Shown here: in pieces, positions 1-9,473 of the stretch
How positions within the stretch are numbered: position 1 is the first letter of the stretch
Layout: each line of letters opens with the position of its first letter
From: a virus
Lineage: Duplodnaviria > Caudoviricetes
DNA: 43,506 bases
Strand: one strand, 5' to 3'
IMG/VR virus record: IMGVR_UViG_3300025018_000242
Span: 1 to 43,506 of that record
The notes under the pieces: model-generated
Database searches by the model: none
Told to the model about the DNA's origin: nothing
What the model saw: only the letters and a program-made list of their open reading frames with translations
Translations under genes and position numbers: made by a program

Positions 1-7
1 GACTGCT

Positions 8-125
8 ATTCATTTAATTGGTAGTTGATATTTGATATTCATTTAATTGATAGTTGATATTTGATATTTGATATTTGATATTTATTTAATTGATATTCCT
101 TTAATTGATATTCCTTTAATTGATA
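8..125. repeat. AT-rich repeat array (TTGATAT units; TTTAATTGRTA x5)
   Basis: TTTAATTGRTA at 13, 42, 85, 100 and 115. A 29-nt near-duplication (8-36/37-65) and TTGATAT tandem units. Confidence 0.85.
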
Positions 126-387
126 GTTTAGTAGACTATTTAAACCGGCCGCGACGACCGACCCCAAAACAAAAAAATGTTTTTTCTTTAGCCCACTAAC
201 CTCACGGAGAAATTTCTTCAATTTTTAACTAACCACCTTTAACCAGCCACCTTTAACCAACCGCCTTCAACCAATCTTTAATTCTCTGGCGCAAACCCGG
301 TATTAATCGATGAGTATGCGCAAAAGAGGCCAAAACCCGAAGGTGCAAATCTGCGAAGGTGCATACGCAAAATGCCAAAAATACCGC

Positions 388-416
388 TTGCCATGCCCTC
401 GCAAAAATGCGATACT
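388..416 (+). promoter_or_regulatory. sigma70-type early promoter
   Basis: TTGCCA-17 nt-GATACT upstream of the 463 ORF. Confidence 0.65.
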
Positions 417-462
417 TTCTTTACGGGCACAATCCCGTGCTCGATCGACTATTTAAGGGAAT

Positions 463-1449
463 ATGAAAATGTCTACTAAAGATAAAGCTGAAGCTAATGG
501 CGCTGCAAATGCAAATGCAAATGCAAATGCAACCACCGCCCCATTTGCCATTGGCAAAACCACCAAAATCGGCCGAATTTTTGCTGATGCTTTGGGGGAT
601 ACTGACCGTGTAGTTGTTCCAATGGATCAAGTCGAAAACTTGGTTAAAAAGGTGCAAGCTCTGCAAATCGAAGGAATGTCCACAATCCCTGTTGCCTATG
701 CGGGCGGATCATTCGCCGCACTGAAAAGCTCGGGGGCGACTCATTGCATTGTCGGCTTTCTCGCTAAACGGTATGGCAAGGCGAATAGTTACATTTGCCT
801 CGTCGCTGTGCCTTTTTTTTCCACAGAAGACATTCTAGGTGCCGGTGAGATTGGCAGTCAATGGCTGGAAAAAACCGTTGAAGCGAAATTTGCGGCAATG
901 GGCTGGAACCCGCTTCGCGGCATTGAAAGCACGGCGGATATTCCGGCGGCATCGCAGCTTATTCCGATTAATCTGATGGAATACCTTGTGACTAGTAATC
1001 GCAGTATTCCCGGAATGGACTTGCTGCAAAAGCTGTGGCCGATGGTGCGTGAATTGATCGCAGAGGAACACCCCGACATTGCTGTGCATCTGCCGAAATA
1101 CAATAAGACCAACATCGAGACCGTTTCCAAAGCCTTGCGTTCGAAAGCATGGGCCGAGGAACACACCCCGGAACTTGAGCAATACGGGATTTGGGAATAC
1201 CTTGTCATTCCGTCCTTGACGAAAGATGAGATGATCGATCGGCTGAATAGCCTGCTGCAACAGCAAGCTGAACAAGATGCGACCGATGACGATGGCAACG
1301 TTGGCGAAGTCGGAGATTATGAAACCTATACCGCCGATGCGATTAAGGACTGGGCAGCTAACCGCGAAACGACTGTCATTGAAGCTACCCGGACGGTAGA
1401 GCCGAAAGACTTTTCCGCCCTTGCCGCTTTTCAGGCAAGTTTTGGCTAA
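463..1449 (+). CDS. Early protein of unknown function (328 aa, acidic C-terminal region)
   Basis: Long ORF with AAGGGA SD, own promoter and terminator. No motif recognised. Confidence 0.85.
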   Translation: MKMSTKDKAEANGAANANANANATTAPFAIGKTTKIGRIFADALGDTDRVVVPMDQVENLVKKVQALQIEGMSTIPVAYAGGSFAALKSSGATHCIVGFLAKRYGKANSYICLVAVPFFSTEDILGAGEIGSQWLEKTVEAKFAAMGWNPLRGIESTADIPAASQLIPINLMEYLVTSNRSIPGMDLLQKLWPMVRELIAEEHPDIAVHLPKYNKTNIETVSKALRSKAWAEEHTPELEQYGIWEYLVIPSLTKDEMIDRLNSLLQQQAEQDATDDDGNVGEVGDYETYTADAIKDWAANRETTVIEATRTVEPKDFSALAAFQASFG

Positions 1450-1471
1450 TAGGCCGATTTAAAAGCGCGAG

Positions 1472-1499
1472 AACGGGCAGCAAAAACTGCCCGTTTTTT
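1472..1499 (+). terminator. Rho-independent terminator
   Basis: AACGGGCAG-caaaaa-CTGCCCGTT followed by a T-run. Confidence 0.85.
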
Positions 1500-1500
1500 A

Positions 1501-1529
1501 TTGCCTAAATGCCAATCCCCCTGTATAAT
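1501..1529 (+). promoter_or_regulatory. Strong sigma70-type promoter
   Basis: TTGCCT-17 nt-TATAAT. Confidence 0.8.
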
Positions 1530-1595
1530 AGAGGGCGACAGGGCGGCTTGTCTCTGTCGATCAGACCACAAACAGCAATAGAAAGGACCAAACCC

Positions 1596-1874
1596 ATGCC
1601 CGATCAAATCGACGACAGATTTTATACTTACGAAAGATCCCGGAACACCGTAAAATTTCTTGAAGCCCGGATTACACAGTATGCCTATCGATCCATAGAA
1701 ACGCGGCTTTACTGGAATTACGTAAAGATCATGCGCTTGATTTTGGTAGAGTATGAGACTGCCGCGTGGGAAGCCTGTGATGCGGGCGAGGCGTTGCCCG
1801 TAGTTAATGACTATTTTCGGCGCTTTGTTAATGCAGCTACTGCCGCTGGACTGACCCGGAAAGACCTCAAGTAA
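1596..1874 (+). CDS. Small early hypothetical protein (92 aa; start revised from 1509)
   Basis: SD GAAAGGA upstream of ATG 1596. The 1509 ATG lies inside the promoter. Confidence 0.75.
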   Translation: MPDQIDDRFYTYERSRNTVKFLEARITQYAYRSIETRLYWNYVKIMRLILVEYETAAWEACDAGEALPVVNDYFRRFVNAATAAGLTRKDLK

Positions 1875-1883
1875 CTAACTGCA

Positions 1884-1915
1884 CCTGACGCCCTGACGCC
1901 CTGACGCCCTGACGC
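1884..1915. repeat. Tandem repeat CCTGACGC x4
   Basis: Read directly; intergenic. Confidence 0.95.
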
Positions 1916-1960
1916 TTAAATTACACTTCCTACTAAACAGCAATAGAAAGGACTAAACCA

Positions 1961-2317
1961 ATGACCAACCAACCGAAAGCTAAAGCGGCTGTCGAGGCAC
2001 CCGAGGCAATATTTATCCGATATGCCAAATCACCATCAGACATATTCGCAATGCGGATTACACTATATGCGCATAATTCTGTCCCGCCGAAGTATTGGCC
2101 GGAACTCTATTTAATGGCAGAAAAGGCATACCGCGATTACGCCGCGCAACGTGAAATCCCCTCATTTAATCCAGATGGGTGTGTATCTTTTCCCCTAGCC
2201 GATCTGCATTTCTGGAAACTTACGCATAACTGGCGGCTTAAACTGCGGCAGATAAATCAGCCAATTGATGCAAACAGCCCGCCGACACCTAATGCCCGCC
2301 GACACCTAATACCCTAA
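1961..2317 (+). CDS. Small early hypothetical protein (118 aa)
   Basis: Same 25-nt leader/SD as the 1596 gene. Confidence 0.75.
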   Translation: MTNQPKAKAAVEAPEAIFIRYAKSPSDIFAMRITLYAHNSVPPKYWPELYLMAEKAYRDYAAQREIPSFNPDGCVSFPLADLHFWKLTHNWRLKLRQINQPIDANSPPTPNARRHLIP

Positions 2318-2330
2318 TGCAACACCTTAT

Positions 2331-2362
2331 GGGCCTATGTGATTAAAAAGTCACATAGGCCC
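2331..2362 (+). terminator. Stem-loop after the early genes (terminator-like)
   Basis: GGGCCTATGTGAT/GTCACATAGGCCC 13-bp stem. No immediate U-tract, so function is uncertain. Confidence 0.5.
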
Positions 2363-2725
2363 TAAAAAATTTTCTCCGCTCGCTTCGCTCGCTTCGTATA
2401 GAGCGGCTAGTCGCCGCAATATTTCAAACAGGCAACAGGCAGCAGGCAACAGGCAGCAGGAAAGGGCAACAGCAATAGCAGAGCCAGATGGGACCCTATT
2501 CAATTCAATGGCGGGGCTATACCCCCTTTGGCAAGAAAGGGGCGGGCCTATTATTAGACACCCTCACCCCTTACCCTTACCCTTACCTAAAATAAAAAAA
2601 TAAAAATAAAAAATAAAAAAATAAATAACTAAGGTCATTTAAACTACTGCCATTTAAACTAAATTCATTTAAACTGCCCAACAATTTCTGCGCAGATTTT
2701 TTGCGGATTTTTTATTGGTTTTCGA

Positions 2726-2753
2726 TTGACACGTTGCGGAAATGGCGTAGACT
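2726..2753 (+). promoter_or_regulatory. sigma70-type promoter for the late arm
   Basis: TTGACA-16 nt-TAGACT just upstream of putative terS. Confidence 0.6.
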
Positions 2754-2765
2754 TGAGGCTATAAA

Positions 2766-3434
2766 GTGGGGTTCGATATGTCGCAGCAATTTCAAGTCTC
2801 TCGCGTTTTATTGCAAGCGTTGCTCGAAAGTGAGCGGGCTAATGAGTCAAGGGCGGCCTTAGCAAATAGAATGGGTGTCGATGTTGCGGTGCTGGACTCA
2901 ATGGTTGATGATTTTAATAAGGCTAATGGGGAAGGCGCTTGGGCGCAGTTAGTTGTGGAGCAACGCATTAGAGCGGATGTGACGGCGGCTAATTGGGATG
3001 ACCTTGAATTAGAGGCTACGCAGATGTTGGCAAAGCAGGTTAAATCAGGCAAGGTTACGCGCATTGGCGATTTGTTGACTATTGCGCGGACCGCGAATAT
3101 GGCAGCTCGGCGGGGAGAGCATTCAAGGAACACCGGGCCTAGTGGGGTAGATGGCGATGGCACGTTTGGGTTTAATGCTAGATTGCCCAGCGGAGAGGGC
3201 GTTATGCTATTGCGTTTAGGTAGTAGTATTGCTAGCGCCATTCAAAATGTGCAGAGCGCACAGAGCGGGCAGAGTGGTCTGAATGGCCAGAGTGATATTC
3301 AACTTAATGAGCGTCTCGGTCCGCAACCTGCCGCGTTTGAAACTTTCAATTTTAAACGCATTGAACGGCCAGAGGAGTTGCGGCAGATCGCTGAAGCAGA
3401 TGAGGGCGCGGGCCAATCGGAGCCAACAATCTAA
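2766..3434 (+). CDS. terS: Putative terminase small subunit
   Basis: Immediately upstream of and coupled (TAATG) to terL; helical N-terminus. Positional inference. Confidence 0.55.
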   Translation: MGFDMSQQFQVSRVLLQALLESERANESRAALANRMGVDVAVLDSMVDDFNKANGEGAWAQLVVEQRIRADVTAANWDDLELEATQMLAKQVKSGKVTRIGDLLTIARTANMAARRGEHSRNTGPSGVDGDGTFGFNARLPSGEGVMLLRLGSSIASAIQNVQSAQSGQSGLNGQSDIQLNERLGPQPAAFETFNFKRIERPEELRQIAEADEGAGQSEPTI

Positions 3435-4981
3435 TGAGCACTAAAGACTATCATATGTCACTTGACGATCTGCGAAAAAAGCGTAGCGATAGCTATTTGC
3501 TAACCGCAGCTTTCTTTTTGCAGGATCAATTAACTTTAGAAATCCCACCTTTTCATGAGACGGTTTGGCAAGAGCTTAAGCAGTTAAGGGTTAAACTACT
3601 TGATCTATCGTCTAGGCCGATTAAAAAGGTATTCACCGTTCCGCGCGAGCACAATAAAACCACTATAGTGAAACTGTTTTGTGTAGACTCATTTAGAGAG
3701 GACCCGAATATCTCATTTATTCTATACTGCTCAGCTACATTCAGCAGTGCATCAAACGCCTGTAGAGATATAATTAGGTGGTTAATGTGTGAGCAAGAGG
3801 CCCATTTATGGGGGGAGACTGAAAAGGTTAAACAGAATGAAACTGAGGGCCTTTGGATTTTAAAGATCCCAACTTCCTATGGCCGTAAGAAAGAGATTGT
3901 TTTAAAGGCAGTTGGCGTAGATAAACAAATTCGAGGCTTGAATATTTTCTCACGCCGTCCGGATATGATTATTGCGGACGATATTGAAGATTTAAATACT
4001 GCCGATGACGGCAAGCAGCAAATGAAATTGGACGAATGGTTCTTTGGGACATTAATTAAAGCCACCGCAACGCAAGCTATTGTGATTTTAATTGGAAATA
4101 TCATTAAAAGCTCCACTCTATTATCTAGATTGTGCGAAGATCCGGCTTGGAACCCAACTCGCTTTGGTGCAATAGTTCGAGAGCCGGACGGGCGATTAAG
4201 GCCATTATGGGAGGGTAAGTATACTTTACAATCTTTATTAGCTGAATACCGCAGCTATCGAAGATTGGGGCTTGGGCATATCTGGGAGTCGGAGATGATG
4301 AACCTCTCTAGGGATGTATCATTAGCTGAAGCCATTCCCGCGAATTGCTTAATTCCCGATCCTCACCCGCAGCAGGTTAAGTGCGGCTTTATTGCGATTG
4401 ACCCGGCTTTTGGTGTGCAGAGTATTAATGATGAGTCGGCCATTACGGTTCACGCCCAACTCGCAAATAGCCCAACCCCAGTTTTAATAGATTGTGAGCA
4501 CGGGCGCTGGAAAGAGCGAGTTTTATTCGAAAGAATGATGGATTTGGTGTATAAGTGGGGTCTTACGACTATAGTAATTGAAGCGGTTGCTGCGCAGAGG
4601 CTACTGTTTCCGCTATTTAAAGCATTTATGTTGGAGAGCGGGATGCAGCCAGAGGTTTTAACCTTTCTGCCACTGCCAGGCCAACGTGAATTGAACGCAA
4701 AGGCCGCGCGCATTAATGCCTACCGCAATTCATGTATTACCGGGAATTACAAAATTGTTGAGTCCCAGATTGAATTTAAACTAGCACTAGAGGAGTGGAG
4801 TGCTGAGTCGGGAAAGCACGATGATGTAGTTGACTCTGGTAGTTTTGGCCCATTAGTTTGGTCAAAGATGGGGACTTTCGTAGAAGCGCAGGGCCGGATG
4901 CAGCAAATCGGTAGCATGTTAAATGCCAGAGATTTAAATGCCCTGCCATATCTTAATGAATGGCAAACCGCAGCAATTTGA
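3434..4981 (+). CDS. terL: Terminase large subunit
   Basis: Walker A-like VPREHNKTT, Walker B MIIADD, nuclease motifs IAIDPA and HDDVVDS. Confidence 0.93.
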   Translation: MSTKDYHMSLDDLRKKRSDSYLLTAAFFLQDQLTLEIPPFHETVWQELKQLRVKLLDLSSRPIKKVFTVPREHNKTTIVKLFCVDSFREDPNISFILYCSATFSSASNACRDIIRWLMCEQEAHLWGETEKVKQNETEGLWILKIPTSYGRKKEIVLKAVGVDKQIRGLNIFSRRPDMIIADDIEDLNTADDGKQQMKLDEWFFGTLIKATATQAIVILIGNIIKSSTLLSRLCEDPAWNPTRFGAIVREPDGRLRPLWEGKYTLQSLLAEYRSYRRLGLGHIWESEMMNLSRDVSLAEAIPANCLIPDPHPQQVKCGFIAIDPAFGVQSINDESAITVHAQLANSPTPVLIDCEHGRWKERVLFERMMDLVYKWGLTTIVIEAVAAQRLLFPLFKAFMLESGMQPEVLTFLPLPGQRELNAKAARINAYRNSCITGNYKIVESQIEFKLALEEWSAESGKHDDVVDSGSFGPLVWSKMGTFVEAQGRMQQIGSMLNARDLNALPYLNEWQTAAI

Positions 4982-4992
4982 TGGAGATTTAA

Positions 4993-6933
4993 ATGGCTAA
5001 TAGTGGTAATAGCGGAGTTGGGGAAGCCAGCGCAGGTGCCATTGGAACTTCGGCCGGAATTAGACCGCCCAAGTTCACGCAATTCGCTGCCCCTGCCCAG
5101 ATAAATAATAAAGAGGAGCGGCAACATCAGGATTTATTACATTATGTATACCCCAGGGTAACTGATGCCTGTGCTGACAGGGAGTTAAGGCTTCGCAGAT
5201 TTGCTAGTATTGACCGGGCCGTTTCTACTTGGCAGAAACTAAGTCAAGAAGATGCAGAGCGGCAAATGCACGAGGAGCACACTGGGCGAATGGCTGGATT
5301 GCCCGTTAATCTTCCATTGCTTGCTACAAGTTTAGACGATACTTCAGCATTTTTCTCGGAGATATTTGCCCCACAATCGCGCGATTTCTTTACTGTCCCT
5401 GATGGCACAGATAAAAGTAGTGCTATTTGGAAACTAGCGCAGGATATGAACCGCGATACTCGGTTTACTGATTACTATGCCCAAGTTGCTCGGGCCGTTC
5501 GAGGGTTACTTAAGTATAATACAAGTGGGTTTCATGTTGAATGGCTTAATGCCACTGAAGTGGCAATGGCAAAGAACCGATTTCGTGCGATTGACATGTA
5601 TAATACCCTATGGGACTCTGCGGTTTATAATCCGGCGGATGTTTCAACGCAGGCTGAGTGGGCCGCAGAGTTTAAAGTAATGACTAGGCGCAGCTTAGTA
5701 ACCGGGGTTTTAAATCGGGGCTTTCAGCAAGATCGAGTAGAAAGAGCTTTAGCGGCAGCAGGTAGTTCATACGGTGGTTTTACCAATAATTTAACAGATG
5801 CGTCCTTTCGTCGGCTATTTGTGCGCCCGCCTAATCATGTTGGCATTTCAATGGATGGCCAAGATAGTAGATCGGGTGTGGCAGGCAATGGCAATCAAAT
5901 GGACTGGGGTTCATTTGGTTTAGGTTCTGCATCAAGTGGGGTTTCTTATGGTGTCCCGCGCCATGCCTTTGAAAACCATACAGTGTGGATTTGGCTAGAC
6001 CCGCGCGAATTTGGGTTAGTTAAAGGAGACGGGGATACCAGCATTGCACGGGCCTATGAGCTATGGAAGTTAGAGATTGTTGAGGGGATTGTTATTGCTG
6101 CAACCCCAGCTGTGCCGCCCGGAGAGCAAGAAGAAGATGATGAAACTATTCCCTTGTATCTTGCACCATATACTGATGATGACATGGGAGAAGCCCAGCG
6201 CTCGGTAATGGAATATATGCGTGGATTTCAGCGGTTCTCGTCATTTCTAATGAATATTTGGGTGCTTGCCAGTAGGAAAAGCGTTTATGGTGTAACATAC
6301 TATGATAAGGATATTTTAAATCCGGCTAAGATTAAGCAGGGAGATGTGGCAGGTTATGTTGCGCTCGAAATGAGCGGCCGTGACATTCGCACGGGTTTAT
6401 GGAAAGATACTAATAGTGCCGCGGTCAACAATGTTATTGAGATGCTGACCAATTCACTAAATATGGTGCAGCAGTTCTTTCCAAACCAAGCATTACCTTC
6501 GCAGGTTGCAGGCATTGACCGGGCAGTTAAAGATCAGGTATCTGCGGTTCTCGCGGGTGGGCAGGCGCGGCTTAGGATGCAGACTAGAGTAATTGATGCA
6601 AATTTATTTTTACCTGTTAGGAAGCAGGCTGTGCGTAATCGATTAAGAGGCGAACCTGAAGGGTTTAAAGGCTTGCAGGAGGAGGAGATCTCTACGTTAC
6701 TAGGTGGCGGGTTGAAGTCCCTTTCAGCCGAACGCGCCGCAGCGTCCTTTAGGGAATTGCTGCAATTAATTGGAGTCAGTCAGGAAATATTGCAGATTAC
6801 CGATCTACCGAAATTACTAAACGCTTTCTCCGAGGCACTTAATTTAGACATTAGGTTAGGTGATTTCTTTCAGCAACAGCCCCCGCAGCAGGCACAGCAG
6901 GCACAGCCCGCGCAACCGCCCGCAGCCATTTAA
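4993..6933 (+). CDS. Portal protein
   Basis: 646 aa directly after terL; Q/P-rich C-terminal tail typical of podoviral portals. Confidence 0.75.
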   Translation: MANSGNSGVGEASAGAIGTSAGIRPPKFTQFAAPAQINNKEERQHQDLLHYVYPRVTDACADRELRLRRFASIDRAVSTWQKLSQEDAERQMHEEHTGRMAGLPVNLPLLATSLDDTSAFFSEIFAPQSRDFFTVPDGTDKSSAIWKLAQDMNRDTRFTDYYAQVARAVRGLLKYNTSGFHVEWLNATEVAMAKNRFRAIDMYNTLWDSAVYNPADVSTQAEWAAEFKVMTRRSLVTGVLNRGFQQDRVERALAAAGSSYGGFTNNLTDASFRRLFVRPPNHVGISMDGQDSRSGVAGNGNQMDWGSFGLGSASSGVSYGVPRHAFENHTVWIWLDPREFGLVKGDGDTSIARAYELWKLEIVEGIVIAATPAVPPGEQEEDDETIPLYLAPYTDDDMGEAQRSVMEYMRGFQRFSSFLMNIWVLASRKSVYGVTYYDKDILNPAKIKQGDVAGYVALEMSGRDIRTGLWKDTNSAAVNNVIEMLTNSLNMVQQFFPNQALPSQVAGIDRAVKDQVSAVLAGGQARLRMQTRVIDANLFLPVRKQAVRNRLRGEPEGFKGLQEEEISTLLGGGLKSLSAERAAASFRELLQLIGVSQEILQITDLPKLLNAFSEALNLDIRLGDFFQQQPPQQAQQAQPAQPPAAI

Positions 6934-6954
6934 ATAGATAAAGGAGCCTCAGGA

Positions 6955-7257
6955 ATGAGAGTGGTTTTAAGAGAAGCGCTTGAGCTTGAGAATGTAGTTA
7001 GGGATGACGTCGAGCGACTGTTAAGTGCCCCAGCCATGCAAAATTATTTTAAACTGGCTAAAGTGTTGCTTCAATCTAGGATTGCCCTGTATGCCATGAG
7101 GTCAGTTGAACAGACTAAACAGTCTGAGGATGCTGCCCATTGGGCCAAAGGTATTCAAGAACTTACCTACTACTGTAAATGTCTAGATGACTTACTTCTA
7201 TTTGCCCGTGAGGCATTAGAAGAGCCTGAGTTTAAATCGTCTGATGCAACCAACTAG
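6955..7257 (+). CDS. Hypothetical head-module protein
   Basis: AAGGAG SD; lies between portal and scaffold. Confidence 0.7.
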   Translation: MRVVLREALELENVVRDDVERLLSAPAMQNYFKLAKVLLQSRIALYAMRSVEQTKQSEDAAHWAKGIQELTYYCKCLDDLLLFAREALEEPEFKSSDATN

Positions 7258-7315
7258 CAAGCAGCTAGTAACCAACTAGCAAGCAGCTAGTAAGAACCTA
7301 AAGGAGGGCTAGGCT

Positions 7316-8107
7316 ATGGCACTAAATCCATTTAATTTCCAACGTGGTGGTATTCAAAGCGAACCGCCTGCACGCGATGTAAGAGATGATGACGGGCTTG
7401 ACAGCGCGCAAAATCTGGACGAAAATGATTCACAGCTAGACGACGATGATGATGAATCAATCGATCCTAGTGAGATGTTAGCTGGGTTCTTTTCAGATGC
7501 CGATGGTGCAGATAATGACTCTATTAAGCCAAACACAAAAAAACCTGCAATAGAAAGTGACGATGCTTCCGACGTGGTGGATCCTGATATAGCGGCTTTA
7601 CAAAGCTCGGTCCATGAGTCAATTAGAAATCTAAGACTTCCTGATGACTTTAATTTTGACGATTTCCAATCAGGTGATCCGAGAGAATTGCGAAAGGCCT
7701 ATCAATCTTTACAACAGCACGCAGTAGTTTCAGCCATTCAAACAATCATTCCTGTTATGCAACGTGCGTTCCAGCAGTTTGATACTACAGTAAATGAGCG
7801 AATTACTAAAAACACTCAACAGTTTACCCAGCAAACTAGTAATGAGCGCATTTTGCAAAGAGAGATACCTGCCTACGAGAACCCGCAATTTCAAGGAATG
7901 GTTAAGCATCTTGATAAGCAATTGCGGGATCGCGGGGTGGATGATCCAGTTGGCCGGGCAAAACAAATTAATAAGCTATTGGCTAAATTAGGCGTTAAGG
8001 GGCAGTCGGGAAATGGGGCATCAGGGCGCACAGAAACCTCTAGCACTCGCAAAGGTGGCGATGCGTTAGATGGGTTTTTCCCAAACCCGCCAGTTAGAAG
8101 AAGGTAG
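7316..8107 (+). CDS. Capsid scaffolding protein
   Basis: Acidic disordered N-terminus, helical core and basic C-terminus; directly upstream of the capsid gene. Confidence 0.7.
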   Translation: MALNPFNFQRGGIQSEPPARDVRDDDGLDSAQNLDENDSQLDDDDDESIDPSEMLAGFFSDADGADNDSIKPNTKKPAIESDDASDVVDPDIAALQSSVHESIRNLRLPDDFNFDDFQSGDPRELRKAYQSLQQHAVVSAIQTIIPVMQRAFQQFDTTVNERITKNTQQFTQQTSNERILQREIPAYENPQFQGMVKHLDKQLRDRGVDDPVGRAKQINKLLAKLGVKGQSGNGASGRTETSSTRKGGDALDGFFPNPPVRRR

Positions 8108-8147
8108 TATTTTCTTCGTGTAGCACGCCAAATCTCATTATTTTTTC

Positions 8148-8175
8148 TTTACCCTGCCCTCGCCTGTGCTACTCT
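8148..8175 (+). promoter_or_regulatory. Possible promoter for the capsid gene
   Basis: TTTACC-16 nt-TACTCT with TG extension in the scaffold-capsid gap. Confidence 0.35.
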
Positions 8176-8218
8176 TAATAGGACCTAGAAACATTTCTAT
8201 ATCGGATGGAGAAGTATA

Positions 8219-9418
8219 ATGGCGGTTCGAGGAATTTTCACGGCTCACTCTAATATCGTAGGAGATAGGGTGGGCGATTTAGCTAGCCGGGTATTGTTGC
8301 ATATGCCGCAGGGCACTGCACCTTTACTTGCCCTATCTTCGGGTATGCCTAAACGCCCCGCGAAAGATATTACGTTTTCGTGGCCCGAGGACTCGCATAT
8401 TTCAGGTGCGGCTACTGCGGTTGGCACGGTTGCAGCGGGCGTAACTTCGTTTGTTGTTAATGACTCCAATCTTTGGGTGCCTAACACAGTTCTTCTGAAT
8501 ACTGCAACGAATGAGCGCATGTTAGTAACTGATGTAGCCGGGGCGACTATTACCGTCATTCGCGAGTTTGCGGGCACAGCGGGTGCAGCCATTACCAACG
8601 GTGATTTCATTCATAACGTTGGGACGGCATTTGGTGAAGGTTCAGGTAAACCGGTTCCAGTTGCCCAGCGGGCAGAGACGAGAACTAACTACGTTCAGAT
8701 CTTTAAGAATGGCTGGTCCATCACCGGGACAGCTAAAGCAATTGTTTGGCACACTGGTTCGCAGCTTGCTATAAATAAACAGCAGGCAATGGCCTATCAC
8801 ACTGAGGATATTGAAAAGGCGTTTCTCTTTGGTGCTAAAGGCTATGGGCAAGTCGGGGATCAAACGGTTTGGCTGTCGGATGGGGTTTACCAGCAGGTTG
8901 AGCAATATGGCGGTTTAGTCGAAGCGGCCACTGTGGGCATTAACGTTGGTCAAATGAATATGACAAATCTGCTTGATTATCTGCGTCGTATTTTTATTAC
9001 CAACGTAGCGGGTGCGCCCAATGAAAGGATTGCCTTCACTTCCTCTCAGGTGCTTCAGCACATTAATACCATGTCCCGCATGGATACGACTTACAACATT
9101 CAGCAGGGCGATGAGAAGGATACGTTTGGTTTCATCGTCACAACGATCGTTGGCTTAAACGGTAGGCTGAAATTGCTTACGCACCCAATGTTTGATTTCT
9201 TGCAACGCAATGATCTTTTGGTTCTGCATCCGCAGTTTATCGCCAAGCGTGAATTGCGTGATATTGAAACCCATGAGTTCACTAGCGACAATGACAAGAA
9301 TAATGGCATTGACGCAGATGATGGGTTTGTGCTATCGCACCTTGGGTTTGAGGTCGGCGGCACTCGGACAATGGGCATTTTGCAGAATATTGCTACTCCC
9401 GTAGCAAGCTTTGTTTAA
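8219..9418 (+). CDS. Major capsid protein (SU10/DUF5309-like HK97 fold)
   Basis: 399 aa; RTNYVQIFKNGWSITGTAKA, DIEKAFLFG and LKLLTHPMF segments resemble this MCP family; GGAG SD. Confidence 0.85.
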   Translation: MAVRGIFTAHSNIVGDRVGDLASRVLLHMPQGTAPLLALSSGMPKRPAKDITFSWPEDSHISGAATAVGTVAAGVTSFVVNDSNLWVPNTVLLNTATNERMLVTDVAGATITVIREFAGTAGAAITNGDFIHNVGTAFGEGSGKPVPVAQRAETRTNYVQIFKNGWSITGTAKAIVWHTGSQLAINKQQAMAYHTEDIEKAFLFGAKGYGQVGDQTVWLSDGVYQQVEQYGGLVEAATVGINVGQMNMTNLLDYLRRIFITNVAGAPNERIAFTSSQVLQHINTMSRMDTTYNIQQGDEKDTFGFIVTTIVGLNGRLKLLTHPMFDFLQRNDLLVLHPQFIAKRELRDIETHEFTSDNDKNNGIDADDGFVLSHLGFEVGGTRTMGILQNIATPVASFV

Positions 9419-9425
9419 TGCTGAG

Positions 9426-9469
9426 TTGACTACTTAATTGACTACTTAATTGACTACTTAATTGACTAC
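9426..9469. repeat. Tandem repeat TTGACTACTTAA x3.7
   Basis: Read directly, just after the capsid stop codon. Confidence 0.95.
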
Positions 9470-9473
9470 GCAG

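Noticed and set aside
39-221. 60-aa minus-strand ORF
   Set aside because: It is a translation of the AT-rich tandem repeats and has no SD.
8-2680. Repeat arrays as CRISPR or CtrA boxes
   Set aside because: There are no unique spacers between repeats. The TTAA pairs I checked are spaced by 10-11 nt, not the 7 nt of a CtrA box.
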